Shown here: positions 43,926-56,523 of the stretch, piece by piece | How the letters are laid out: every line of letters starts with the position of its first letter | How positions within the stretch are numbered: position 1 is the stretch's first letter | DNA from: the human T2T-CHM13v2.0 reference genome, Homo sapiens | DNA: 64,000 nt | Strand: one strand, 5' to 3' | Assembly (NCBI RefSeq): GCF_009914755.1 | Contig: NC_060927.1 | The notes under the pieces: generated by a model | The model's database searches: none | What the model was told of the DNA's origin: nothing | What the model saw: the letters and a program-made list of their open reading frames with translations, nothing else | Translations under genes and position numbers: made by a program

Positions 43926-44866
43926 CTGTAAACAGAAAAAGAGAAGGAACCATTAAGCTGAAATGAAGCCATTAGCATGGTTACCAGGTCCAGCAGAAAG
44001 CTAGTTTGCAGCCCATTGTTGCCAGGAAATAACAGCATTAACATAGTTAAATCGCTCGTAGCCCCGAGGGGATATTTGTACCTCTGAAAAGTGACAAACA
44101 CACTGCGTCACAGGGACTTGTTTAACACTTCTAGTGATTTTTCTCAAGGATAATTTTAGCCTCTGCTTCCGGTTTCCTTTTTCCCTCCTTCTAAAAGAAT
44201 TCTCCGTGTATGCCTGTGTAGGGTGGGTGGGTGAGGGGAGAATGTATGTTTGCCAGGTGTTCTCTGGTCCCCTCTCCCAACTATTTCCAGGGTTCCCAGG
44301 AATTAGTCAGAATATGTGTTGAAGGTCCGTTTGTGCTGTGACATCATTTGAATTAACAACTCTTCTCCTCCCCCTTTCAGGCAAATCTATGTTTATCTTC
44401 TAGAGCAAAGAATGATTTAAAATTAAAGCTTCATTCCTGGGGCCTGGATATTCTTAAGTAAAGGGCACAAGCTTCAAGACTTTTTCATATATTCTGATTT
44501 GGAGATTACTTCTCTGGTGCTTAAAGTTCACATTAACATATGATAGACATGAAGAAGTATATATTACCTGCCTCAAAGCCACAGATCAAGTATCCCAGGA
44601 TTGAGACTCTTTCCCTAGAAGGACTGGGTACCCTATGAACTTAGTGCTCTGTAGAGCCACAAGGTTTTTAATGGTTTTCTTTTGTGTGCAGTACAATGAT
44701 CCCAAGGGGACTGGACTACACCCGGAGGATGACACTGCCATGAAAGAAGGATATGTTTTACCACAGGGTCTGCTGGGTAAGTAACACTGGGAAGGAACAT
44801 TCAGCTTGATGGCTACTTCCAGAGCCTTTCTGGGCAGCCTTTCTTCGACTCCTCTTGCCCACTCAC

Positions 44867-44996
44867 CAATAGTTGTAGAGGCACTTTTCTCCATAGTTAG
44901 CACCAAGAGCCTGCTCATGGCTACAAGACGACAGCTCAGAGGAGGGGCTGTGCAGCTCCCGTTTGATCTTGGTTGGAGGTGGGGCATGAAGCACCA
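44867..44996 (-). CDS. ETV5: ETV5 coding exon 6 (130 nt): (L)[42 protein letters not shown](C)
   Basis: Acceptor TCAG| (AG at 44997-44998), donor |GTGAGT (44861-44866). Peptide matches ERM/ETV5 residues ~78-121, including the IKRE SUMO motif. Exon number is inferred from the known 13-exon structure. Confidence 0.96.
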
Positions 44997-46244
44997 CTGA
45001 AATCAGAAGAGGGATGAGAGGGGAATAGAGAGAGAACAGCTGATTAACAGGGAGCACAATGCTTCCTTCTGCAAACCTTCTAACTAGCTGATTGTTCTTG
45101 GAACTCATGTCAAGTCACATGTCAGAAAAAGCAAAACGCTTAAACACACAACCTCCCATCCAAAGCCAATTAAATTCTTCAAAGTCAGAAAAAGTATCAT
45201 CATCTGATACTTTTAATTAGCCAAGTCTTTTTTCCCAAATTTCTTTGGTCATGGGTCTTGCTTTCCAGAAGCTGCAAAATCCTTAAAAACCTTGCAGGTA
45301 ATGGGTCTCCACCAAAAATGCAAGTGGCTGCAGACATGAAGAATTTTGTTTCCAAAAAGGACAAAACGACCAAAAATGTGTTGGTAGACATTACCAACAC
45401 ATTTAAGCTTATCAAAGGCTTAAAATTGCTGTGGCAAATATATTTCTTATTCAGATGCATATTTACAAATTAAATATAGAATTTTTAAAAAGTCCTTTCT
45501 CAAGTAACTTTAAATATCAGCTCTCAGCAAGAAATACTCAACTTTAGAGGCATTCCAAAAATTTTAAAAGCAAAGGAATAAAACAACAGACCAATCCACC
45601 ACCTAGGAAAGGCTAATGAATACAGAAAGCAGAAAGCCTGGCTACCTTTGTGCTTACAACATCTGCTCCAGGCCTGTCTCAGTGACCGACCAGCAAGGGT
45701 AGGTTTGCGTAACCAGTCCTTTCATAGATGGTGCAGTGAATTTTGCTGAATTCATGGAATAAATACATGGAGCTACTGCTTTTGGCTTGGAAGCCAACTA
45801 CATATACCACATAGGATTCTGAGAGGGCAGAGTAACAAGAATTTTTCAAATCAAGGTGATTTACATGTAGTGGCCAAAATAAACCCAAAGAACAAAAAAC
45901 CGAGTTTGCCTTTTCTGTCTTCTCTAGGAGCTAAATTGTTGCAGAGACAGCATTTTATCCAAAGTGGAAAGATGCATTTTGCGCTATAAGGGCTGCCTTC
46001 TAGTTGAGTTAGAATGGTTACTCCTTGTCTAGCTACCTTGGAAGGTGGGGAAGGAGAGCAAGTTAAGCTTCTATGCTGGCCACTGGCCACTGTATCAAAG
46101 GTCTCATTAAATAGCTAACTACAGTCAGTGGTCTGGTGACCCAGTAGCATTTTCATTTTGACTCAATGTTTACTCCTAAAACATCTTTAGGAGTTACTTC
46201 TTAGTAATTATACGAGGTAGAACTAGCTAAACAAATCATCACTT

Positions 46245-46539
46245 TTCTCTTTTTTTTTTTTTTTTTGAGACGGAGTCTTACTCTGTCGCCCAGGCTGGCG
46301 TGCAATGGCGTGATCACTGCAACCTCTGCCTCCTGGGTTCAAACGATTCTCCTGCCTCAGCCTGCCGAGTAGCTGGGATTACAGGTGCCCGCCACCATGC
46401 CCAGCTAATTTTTGTATTTTTAGTAAAGACAGGGTTTCACCATGTTGGCCAGGCTGGTCTCGAACTAATGACTTTGTGATCCACCCACCTTGGCCTCCCA
46501 AAGTGCTGGGATTACAGGCGTGAGCCACCGCACTCGGCC
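46245..46539 (-). mobile_element. Alu (S type)
   Basis: Poly-T then gagacggagtc...gagccaccgcactcggcc; TSD taaaca(a)atcatc. Confidence 0.95.
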
Positions 46540-48281
46540 TAAACAATCATCTCTTTTCTATTAATATCTGATAAGGCTGAACTATCTTCCAGCCAACTGG
46601 CCTCTCAGGTGCCTCTATAATCCCAAATTCTGAATTCAGGATTGAATACGAGACAGATGACTCTATCACAGATGACAAGGTTATAAAGCAATGTTGCTGC
46701 AAAGTCTTGCCAGTGACTGACTGGAAAGGACAGGTTTTCATAATTCTTTTCTTATATAATGCCAACTGCTTTTCCTGAATACATAAAATAAGTTGAGAAC
46801 TAGCAGATTATATTTAGAAGTCATTAGAGTTTCTCTCGTGATTTTTTGATGGTGACATCATGGCAGCCAACACTCAATTGTTATCAACTGTTTCAGATAT
46901 TCAGACACAGAAAATAGCGAAGCTTGTTTGAATGTTGCTAGTAAATGAGAATTTGACACAGAAATCCCTTCCTCCAACACAGTAGATAGTCTGGCAGTTC
47001 TCAGCACTGCCCCGTGGTCACTGCCCTTCCTCTCACCAGTCTTCTGCTATAAAAGTTTTGGCAAAATAATGAGGAAAGGTAATGATGACCCAATTTAAAC
47101 AAAAGCTACATGTCCTTGAAACGTCTACTTTTCTTGCTTTATCTAAAGATAATCATTTGCAATCACCACTTTACCTAAGTTTGGAAAGAAAACAATTAGG
47201 GTATTATTGAATGGTCTGATTTCAGGTTTTAGAAGTGTCTTGACATTGTCACAATATTATTATAACAGTTACCAATTTTGCTGACAAGTCTAACACCAGA
47301 GGGTATGCCAAAGTTGCCCAGAAACACTTTGTATTTGTTTCAGGAACTGCACGTATCTAAAAGGATCTAAGCTGCCAGCGAATTCTGATGTCTTGATTTC
47401 TTCAAATCCAGACAGTACTTAGTGTGTACCACATCATTTTGGCTCTAAATTATATAGTACCTTCTACCCCAAAACGTCTTATATGTGGAATAGTATATTC
47501 TTTATACAAAGGGGGAGTTCAAAAAGTATTTTTGTGAACAAATGGATTATATTTCCAATTTGTTCTTAACCGTGAAGGCAGGGACCACATCTACCCTACA
47601 AGGCTGGGTACAATGTTAGTTACATATACTTTCCCCGCAGGACAAAACATGGCAGGAACGAGAATGGAAAGTTTCACAGATCTACACTGACAGGAAAGCC
47701 ATGAGGGGCCCTGTGAGTGGTGAGGAACAAGGCTCAGCTCCTCAAAGGTCTGTGGGACTAGAGGATGTGTGAAGGAGCCTAATTCTGGCATGTGTTAGTC
47801 AGAGATAGTGGTGTATTTAAAGCAGGAACTCAGAAGCCAAGGAATGCTCCTTGCTTTCAGTCTGTTTCTTCATTTGTAAAATGAGGTATGTGATGCAGCC
47901 TTGAGAAATAAAGAAAAGGGCACAGCACCTTGCAGATGGTGCTATGATGTTGTGTAATTATACCCTGTGCTTTCAAAAATAGTATTTACCTTTGCACAGC
48001 TGACTTGCTAAATGATGACAGAGACCCAGGACTATAAAGGATGGCAACAAATTGGAATTGAAAAGGGATCATGAACTCTTGAGGAAGTTTGAAAAGAAAT
48101 GCTAAAAAAAAAAAAAAAAAAAAAAGTTGAGATTTGAGCTAATAAACATCTTCTGCAATTAGAAACTTTGAGTTTAAACTCAGAATTGTAGAAGAGGGGC
48201 CCACAAAGTCAGTGGTGCCCTGAAAATAATTCCTGCTGAATGTGGACTACCTTCTTTGTCATGAAGATCTTTCTTTCTGTC

Positions 48282-48309
48282 TTCATTCATTCATTCATTC
48301 ATTCATTCA
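48282..48309. repeat. (TTCA)7 microsatellite, probably the tail of a minus-strand L2
   Basis: Seven perfect TTCA units followed by L2-like gccaggtattctgg...aaaacagacatgg. Confidence 0.9.
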
Positions 48310-49294
48310 CAGAGTATCTTCGATGGGCCAGGTATTCTGGATGTCGGGGGCCTATGATGCTAAGCAAAACAGACATGGCTGGCCCGCATAACTTAGTGAG
48401 GCATCTGACTTTTAGCATCTTCTCAACGATGCAATCAGAGATAGATTAGGGCCTCAGTATGCTGAATTCAAGCCCTCACATTTATAGATAAGGATCCTGA
48501 GGCCCAATGGAACTAAAGGGCTTAGGGGTGCTGCTATTCGAGGGGAGAAGAGGCAAGGGCCTCCGCACTGTCATTTTAGTCATCTTCTACCACACTGACA
48601 GAAATGGGAGATACTCTACTCGCTCACTTTGTACATTAAAAATAGAAGGCATAAACCTTTTTTTCAACTAAACAAAAATACCACTTACACCTGTTTAACA
48701 GAATATGCTCTAGAACAAAGGAAAAATGGATGAGAAGAACTAATACCTCTGGAAAAGAACAAAGAAGGCAGACCAAGAAAGAGGCAGCCAGCCAGACCCC
48801 TTACCATTTCCTTTATGCCCAGTTGCTCTTACATACATCATTTCATTCAATCTTCCCAATTCAATGAGAAAGCTATTAATGCTTCCATTGTCTTCATTTT
48901 ACGAACACGAAAACAAGGCTCAAAGTCACTTGCCACGTCTCACAGCTGGTCAGTGGCCAGGATTCCTACCTATGCAGTTCTTAGTCTTTTCATTATATTG
49001 GCTCCCAGAAGGAATCTGAGAGAAAAAAGACCAATCAAAGAGAGAATAAAAGATAAAGGGAAAGAGAGAAGGAAGACAATACGGGAGAAGACAACAGAAG
49101 GATACTTTTTTCCAGCTCTCAGGGCTGTATCCTCATGTTTACCCTACACTCCCCAGTGCGAGCCACACGTCATACCCCTAAATCCACTCAAGGACTTACA
49201 CCTTTGTCTGGCTCTGGGATACCAAAATTAACCAGGATCTCTATTTCACCTCCATTGTCACAAGCAATGCCATCTCTGACTCCAGTAGCCTTCG

Positions 49295-49595
<301 letters not shown>

Positions 49596-50169
49596 CAGCC
49601 TTCACTTTTTGTAATCCTTGCCTCCCATTCTAGCATTCCATCTAAAAGATCTCACTCTCCCTTCTATAGTCGAGCTGATCAAAACATTCTGCTCATTCAG
49701 ACAGCTACCAGCACTTCAGAAGACCTGGCATCTTCTATAGCCAGTCACTACCACCCAGACTCCGCACTGCAGCCATGGATGCCATCTCTCTCCCCAGAAG
49801 CCCTGCCCTGCCCTGCAATTGCTTCTGGACAATTGTCTTACTACCACCACTGAGGCAGGAAGATCTTGCGTGAGCTGTCTGGACCCCTATTTGACTATAA
49901 GAACTCTGCTAAGGATCTATGCACAAATATATATGACAGTCTTAGCTCGTCAGGGGTAGAAAAAAGAAGGGCAGTTAGCTGATAAGATGTAATTAAGTCC
50001 ATATCTGTGGGTATGCACAATCAAGTACATGTATTGCCTTGCAGACAACCATAACACCATTTTAAATTTAGATGTGATGCTCACAAGTCAACCAATTTCA
50101 TAGTTGCTTTTCTTATTAGACTACGGAACTCCTTAGATTTTTCTATCTGACACAGGGATCAAAATCCAA

Positions 50170-51290
50170 GCCTGGTCCTAGCCAATGCAATAAGGCAAGA
50201 ATAAACATAAGGCAAATTAGAAAGAAGGAAAGAAAGCTGTCATTATTAACAGATGGCCTGGTTAGGTACATAGAAAATATAAAAATATCCACAAAGTATA
50301 AGAATCAGTAAGCAAGGTCATTGGCTATGAGGTCAACATGTAAAAAAACTTTTAGTATACAGTAACTAAAACAATGTGAAATTAAAAGCATACACAATAT
50401 CAACAAAATCATCAAATAGCTAGGAAAGTGTCAATAAAAGACATATAAGATGTCTACACTGGGCCAGGCATGGTGGCTCATGCCTGTAATCCCAGCACTT
50501 TGGGAGGCTAAGGTAGGGCAGATCGCTTGAGCCCAGGAGTTTGAGCCCAGCCTGGGCAACATAACAAATTCCTGTCTCTACAAAAAGATACGAAAAAAAA
50601 AAAAAAAAAATTCAGCCAGGACTGTGGTGTGCACCTGGGGTCCCAGCTATGAGGTAGGGTGAGGTGGGCGGGTCACTTGAGCCCGGGAGGCTGAGGCTAC
50701 TGTGAGCTGTGATCATGCCACTGCACTCCAGACTGGGCAACAGAGTGAGACCCTGTCTCAAGAAAAAACAAAGAAAAAAGATGCCTACACTGAAAACCAC
50801 AAAACACTAAGAAAAATTAAAGAACTCTCAATAAATGGAAGGATAGATCATGCTCGTGGATTGGAAAGCTTAACATTATAAAGATATCGATTCTTCCCAA
50901 ATTTATCTATAGGTTCAGTGTAACCCCCAACAAAATCTTAGCATTACACAGAAGGGAGAATGAAGAAATTGCAATTATGCTTAACAACATGGATGAATCT
51001 CACAAATATGCTGAGCTAAAAGAAGCCAGACACAAAAGGGTACATGCCATGTAAGTCCATTTATATAAAGTTCAAAAAAAGACAAAACTAATCTATGGTG
51101 TTTGAAAGTCAGGAGGGAGGTTACTCTCGACGGGGTGGTGCCTGTTAAGGGGGCACAGGAGTCTTCTTATAGTCTGATAAGTTCCGTTTTCTGATCTAAA
51201 TGCTTATACCGTTTGTAAGAATTCATCATGCAGCTGTACTCTTGTGATTTCTGTATGTTACTTCAATTAAATTTCTACTTTTTAAAAAAG
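50170..51290 (+). mobile_element. Old L1M fragments hosting an AluJ (50462-50778)
   Basis: aataaatggaaggatagatcatgctcgtggattggaa (L1 ORF2 KW...PCSWIG-like); Alu TSD agatg(t/c)ctacactg. Confidence 0.8.
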
Positions 51291-53499
51291 CAGCCTGGTC
51301 CTCATCAAATAGCACCACAGAGTTAATACTAAAATATATCAAATTTTAGAAAATCTTTCTTCTGTGATGGTCTAGAAACAGTCTTCCAAAGAAACAACTC
51401 AGTTGTTTTAAAATAGAAAAAATAAACTGGTCCATTCAAGAGAAATAATAATTCCCTCTGCTGACAAAAGCTGTTTACTGCCCACAAGTACAGGCCTGTG
51501 GACTGTTCAAGGCGGCCACCCCATGCCCGTGCTAATGGTAAACTTCACTATTACAGCCCCAAGGATCAAGACGTAGGAAAACACTTTTGTTGAATGTTAT
51601 GATGAGCAACAGTTCCATTCAAAAGCATTTTTTTTTTTTTTAAGAAAGACGAAACCCATCTTGTCTAATAAGGCTTTCTTTGGTGTTTCATAATCATCAA
51701 AGTTTCAATTTGCCACAGACTTTGTTGTGAATACATAAAACATTTATGTAGCTGCTGAGTGTTAAAAGAAATTGCCAATTAGTTACCCTGCGGTCTGAAG
51801 GGAAGAAGGACTAAGCCCATCCAGATTTCTCCTACTTCACACACAGGCTTTGACCGCCTTCCAGCAGTTGCCATCCTTCACGTTCTGTTTTGGGGTTTTC
51901 CTTGTCCCTTCGTCAGTTTCATTTACCTTCATCTGGCCCAGACTCATCTTTCCCAAATCAGCTGTGCAGGCCTGACCTCCAGGTCACACTCAATTGTCAT
52001 TATCCTCTTAGTTCACATGGAAAGTTGTGTCTCATGACAGAAGCTGACCAGAGCACTGACACGTGCTTCTGAATGGCGTGTCCATGAGGCTGCAGCTCAG
52101 GGGGCTGGCCTAGGTCTCCAGAGCCTCCCATTACACTTGAACAAATATGATGTGGAATGTACACAAATAGTAATGGCCATACACTGCTCAGGGTTCCAGA
52201 GCCATCATCCTGAAATGAAGGCCTTCTCCTAAGTCTCCTGGCCACCAGCTTTGGGTCACTGCTCCTCTCTGTGACCACTGCCATCTCACTTCCTTTCCCT
52301 CTAGAGGAAGAATTACATACTGCATAGTCCAAGAATGGGGGTGGGAGGGGAGAGAAGTCCGAGACACCTGCCCATACTATTAATATTCTGTGGTTGTGGG
52401 AGTGAGTAGAACACAGGGAAAGAAGGTAGAGGAAAAGATGATCAAGAAGAGGGACATGGAAAAATAACAAGGACACTGGCAAAACAGAACCGAAAAATCC
52501 ACCAGGGAAGAGCAGGTATGACCTCTTTTTCCCTGATTTGCCCTTAACTTGTCTGAGTACTCCACTGGCAAAGACCAGAGGGCTTTAAGTCACAGGAGGG
52601 AGTGTACCTTGTGCTTCCAACATAGTGCTGCCTACTCTTAGCTCTTGCCTTTTTTGACGAATTTTGAGACAAAGCTCAAATACCTAGTTAGCAGGAAAAA
52701 AGATGTAGATAGGGTAAGACTTATTTTTTAAGTTCTACAGTATTACCAGAGAGGGTCAGAAATATTTATTTTAGGACTGAGCAGATTAAAAACTCATTTT
52801 ACACATAAAATCTATTATACCTCAATATTCTTTGTAACTGCTCTAACAGCACTAGTGAATGACTCTAATAGTAGATAATACTCTGTTCTGGGAAACAAGA
52901 AGGTTCACAAGGAGATAAGGTTAAGTGGACAGGTTCTGGCACTTAAAAAAGAATATCTGGAAAAGGAGATGTCTGGATTTCCAAACCAAATAAGAGGCAT
53001 GCTCAAACTTGTTTAACATTGATCCTGCCTGGCAACAGTTTCCAAAAACAAAAATTGACAATGTTATCAAATTTAGTTAGGGGACACAAGTTCTAAAAGC
53101 AGAATTGGTGTAGGTATGGAAGAATGTGCCGTTTTTCTTTAATATCTCACACAGCTAACCTGTGTAAGGATAAATTCTCAAATTTAATAGGTGAAAAATC
53201 ATCCACAAATGGTAAAATCAACTATTGAGCAAGCTGTGCTAAAAACCGTTTAATGAGCCCCCCAAAAGCCCTCTCCTCAAACATGCACAAATGATCTCTG
53301 ACCCAATTATCTCCATCTGTGTCACTCTGTTCTTTCACCACTGTTTTAAGGTCAACACAAATACATAAATGTGAGAAGTGAGAGAATCAACAATATTAGA
53401 GATTTCTAAGCCTAAGGGCAGCATTTCTGGATGCTGTTTGCATTTCTATATATTCTTTAAAAATGGACCCTAAAAAAGTCAGCGACTGGCCAAGACTTC

Positions 53500-53845
53500 A
53501 AAAAAGTCACTGTTACAGGGAAAATAAAAAAGCTAGGGAGACTGTTGCATATTAAAGAAGACAAATGAAGCATAAACATAAATGCAATGTGTGATTTTAA
53601 ATTGAATCCTAGATCAAAACCATTATCAACATTGCTAAAGAGATATCTGGAGACAACTGGGGAATTCCAAACATTACTGAATAAAAGTTAATTTTCTCAG
53701 GCTATGTAGGAGAATGTCAATCTGTGGAGACGCACACCAGGGTATTTGGGGTGAAATGTTATAATGCCTGAAACTTGCTTTCAAATGGTTAAGAAAAAAC
53801 CATATATACACAGAGATGAAGCAAATGTAGCAATACGTTTTAAAA
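53500..53845 (+). mobile_element. L1MC-like 3' UTR fragment
   Basis: aaatgcaatgtgtgattttaaattgaatcctaga...gtaggagaatgtc...ttcaaatggtt...agcaaatgtagcaa. Confidence 0.55.
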
Positions 53846-56224
53846 ATAAATCAATAAAACAGCTATTATGTCCCATTTCCTCTGAGATACTTGGAGGAAA
53901 AAAAATCCTTTATCTTATAGTTGACTAACATGTCAAAAGTAGAAATGCTTAGAACCTCAAAACCATACGTCGACAAATGAAGAAAGCCACCCTTGGCCTG
54001 TTACTGAATTGGAAGGATAATACAGCCCTGGGAATCTAGCCTTACACAAGGATATATGCTGGTCATACCTAATGTCTACGCCAGTGGTTCTCAAACACAT
54101 TTTGTTGGCTTTGGCCCACTTAGAAAGGACAAGGGAACACTCCAGAGATGGCAAAATAAAAACAGCCACTGCTGTCACTGTGACTACTGCCTGCTAATAC
54201 TTCCATCAACCTGCCTGGGTAAAAAGATAGCAGTTACACAAATGCAAAATGATCAACAAAAATAACACCTATCAGTAACTATATTCATATTAATGCATCT
54301 ATAACAGGAACTAAAATATATGCCCAAGTCAACCACAAACGATTCTTGAGAAAAAATGGAGAATTTCCACTCCTTGTGAATTTATATGTAAAACACGTTT
54401 AGGACAAATAGGTTGTCCAGAACAGCTGGACAACTCATTCGATTTCATCCCCAGGGTCCTCCAGAGAGTGCAAGGCAGCTATCACCAACCTGGGAAGGTT
54501 GGCAGAATTGAAGTTCTCTTTCTTATGGTTCTCCTTCATTTTCTTCCCTCATAAGCAGCTTGGGTTAGCCCTTTTTACCCCTAAATGCTGAGCAGGGCTG
54601 GGATCAGGACGAGAGGAAGCTGGAAATAGGTGGCCTATGCTTTCGCTGCTCTGAGCCTGGGGGCTCCAACTGTTCAGCCTAGTTTACCAGGCTAATAAAA
54701 AGGAACACGGGGCTGAAGACCTAAACTGTGTTGAAGTAAGTACACTGGCTTGGAAAATCCCCTGTGCCTTTATGTCTTAGGAACCAAGAATGGCAGCTGG
54801 ACCTTAGTGTGGAATCAAGGCCCTCCATACGACTCATAGGGGACATGACAAACACCTGGTAAGCCAACAACTGGCTGGCCATACCACATGCAGGCGCTGA
54901 GATTTCAGGGCAGGCTCATTCTGCAAGAACAGCTGCATTTGTCCTGGGCAAAGTCCCACATGAAGAAAGTAAGGCTTGTGCTTTGTGCTTGTGCTTTGGG
55001 ATAGGGTTTGCTATTAGCAGGTACAGGGAAAGAAGCTTCAGAACTGGCACAGCTGTATAGTATTCAGGACTTTAGATTAGCAATTAATCATGGTGGTGGA
55101 AGGGAGTTATGATGTTGATGACTCTGGGGTATTTTTGCTATTTGTCATATGTCTCGGCAAGAACCAAAGGACTGACTGTCACCTTGGTGGTATATTTCAG
55201 GGCTCCAGGGTCTCAGATCAACCATGAGATAGCAGAATTCATCAGTGAACAGTTACAGAATAGAATCCCTTCCTATAAGGCCAATTATCATCTTCTGTAC
55301 AATAAATAACGCAAGAGCCAAATTAGGGAGTGGTAAAGCTAGTTCCTGGAACACTTGGCTTCAGGAATCAGATTTCTCCCATGCAGTGGGAAAAAAAACT
55401 ACAGTCAGCAGAAGAGAGGCTTCAGGAACTGGTGTGTGGACAAAACAAACAAACAAAACACTCAATTCTTGCTGATTTAGACCTAGAAACTTGGGGTAAT
55501 ACAATCAGCTCAAAATAAAAGGCTTTGAATGTATTATCATGACATGGACTATGGGAAAGACATATCCAAAAAATAGGGTTAGGGTTACATTGGTATAGGA
55601 ATAAGACCAACCTAAGATCCAGATTCAAGTTTTTGAAGTTTTGATGGCCTTGCATGAAAATGGCTAGAAATACCAGGATGTAATAGCAGCCAATGAAATT
55701 AGAGCCAAGTCTTGCCACAGTGGGAAAGGAAGTGAGGGAAGGAGACACCTTTCTTGCTCATGAGAGTAGATGAGGTTGTATCAAGTGTCTGGAAATTCAA
55801 GAGCCAAGACCTTTTGGGGAAGATTTTTGAAATGCAAGCTGAGGAATTTTGTTGGTGAGTGCCATGTTAAAAAATGCTAGGCACCTTGCTTGAAAGGCAG
55901 CATAGAGACTATCTCCAGAAAGCCCACTCTCAGTTCCTAAGTGTGGTGGCAGAAACACAATTATTAAGGACACTGGAAGATTACTCTAGAATTCTGAAAA
56001 TGGAAATCCAAAGGCCTTGAATATAAAAGTTAGAAACTAAAGGGAAGAAAAGGAGCTTAGAAAAGAACTGAACCAACTTTGAAAATGTATAAATAGCATT
56101 AGTAGACAATGGTATCTGAAACATCTCTAAGAGGTTGCCTGCAAAGACAGTGGAATTTCTCCCAGAATACAGGAATTAAGAGTTATTGATAAAATTTTCC
56201 CCACCTGGGTTTCATTTTACCTCT

Positions 56225-56523
56225 TTTTGTTTGTTTTTTTAGAGATAGGGTCTTGCTCTGTGACCCAGGCTAGAGAGCAATGGCGCAATCATAGCTCACT
56301 GTAGTCTCAACTTCTGGACTCAAGCGAGCTTCTTGCCTCAGCCTCCAGAGTAGGTGGGACCACCGGTGCCTGCCACCACACGCAGCTACATTTTTTTTTT
56401 TTTTAAAGAGACGGGGTCTCACTATGTTGCCCAGGCTGGTCTCAATCTCCTGGCATCATATGATCCTCTAGTCTCAGCCCCCCAAAGTGTTGGGATTACA
56501 GGCTTGAGCCGCTGCACCCAGCC
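56225..56523 (-). mobile_element. Alu (J type)
   Basis: agagatagggtcttgctctgtgacccaggct...gagccgctgcacccagcc. Confidence 0.92.

Noticed and set aside
42980-44760. Antisense lncRNA (ETV5-AS1), recalled to overlap the exon 7 region
   Set aside because: Recollection only; I cannot define its exons or promoter from the sequence.
52000-52482. 160-aa minus-strand ORF in intron 5
   Set aside because: No ETV5 or other domain similarity; the missing ETV5 N-terminal peptides are not present here.
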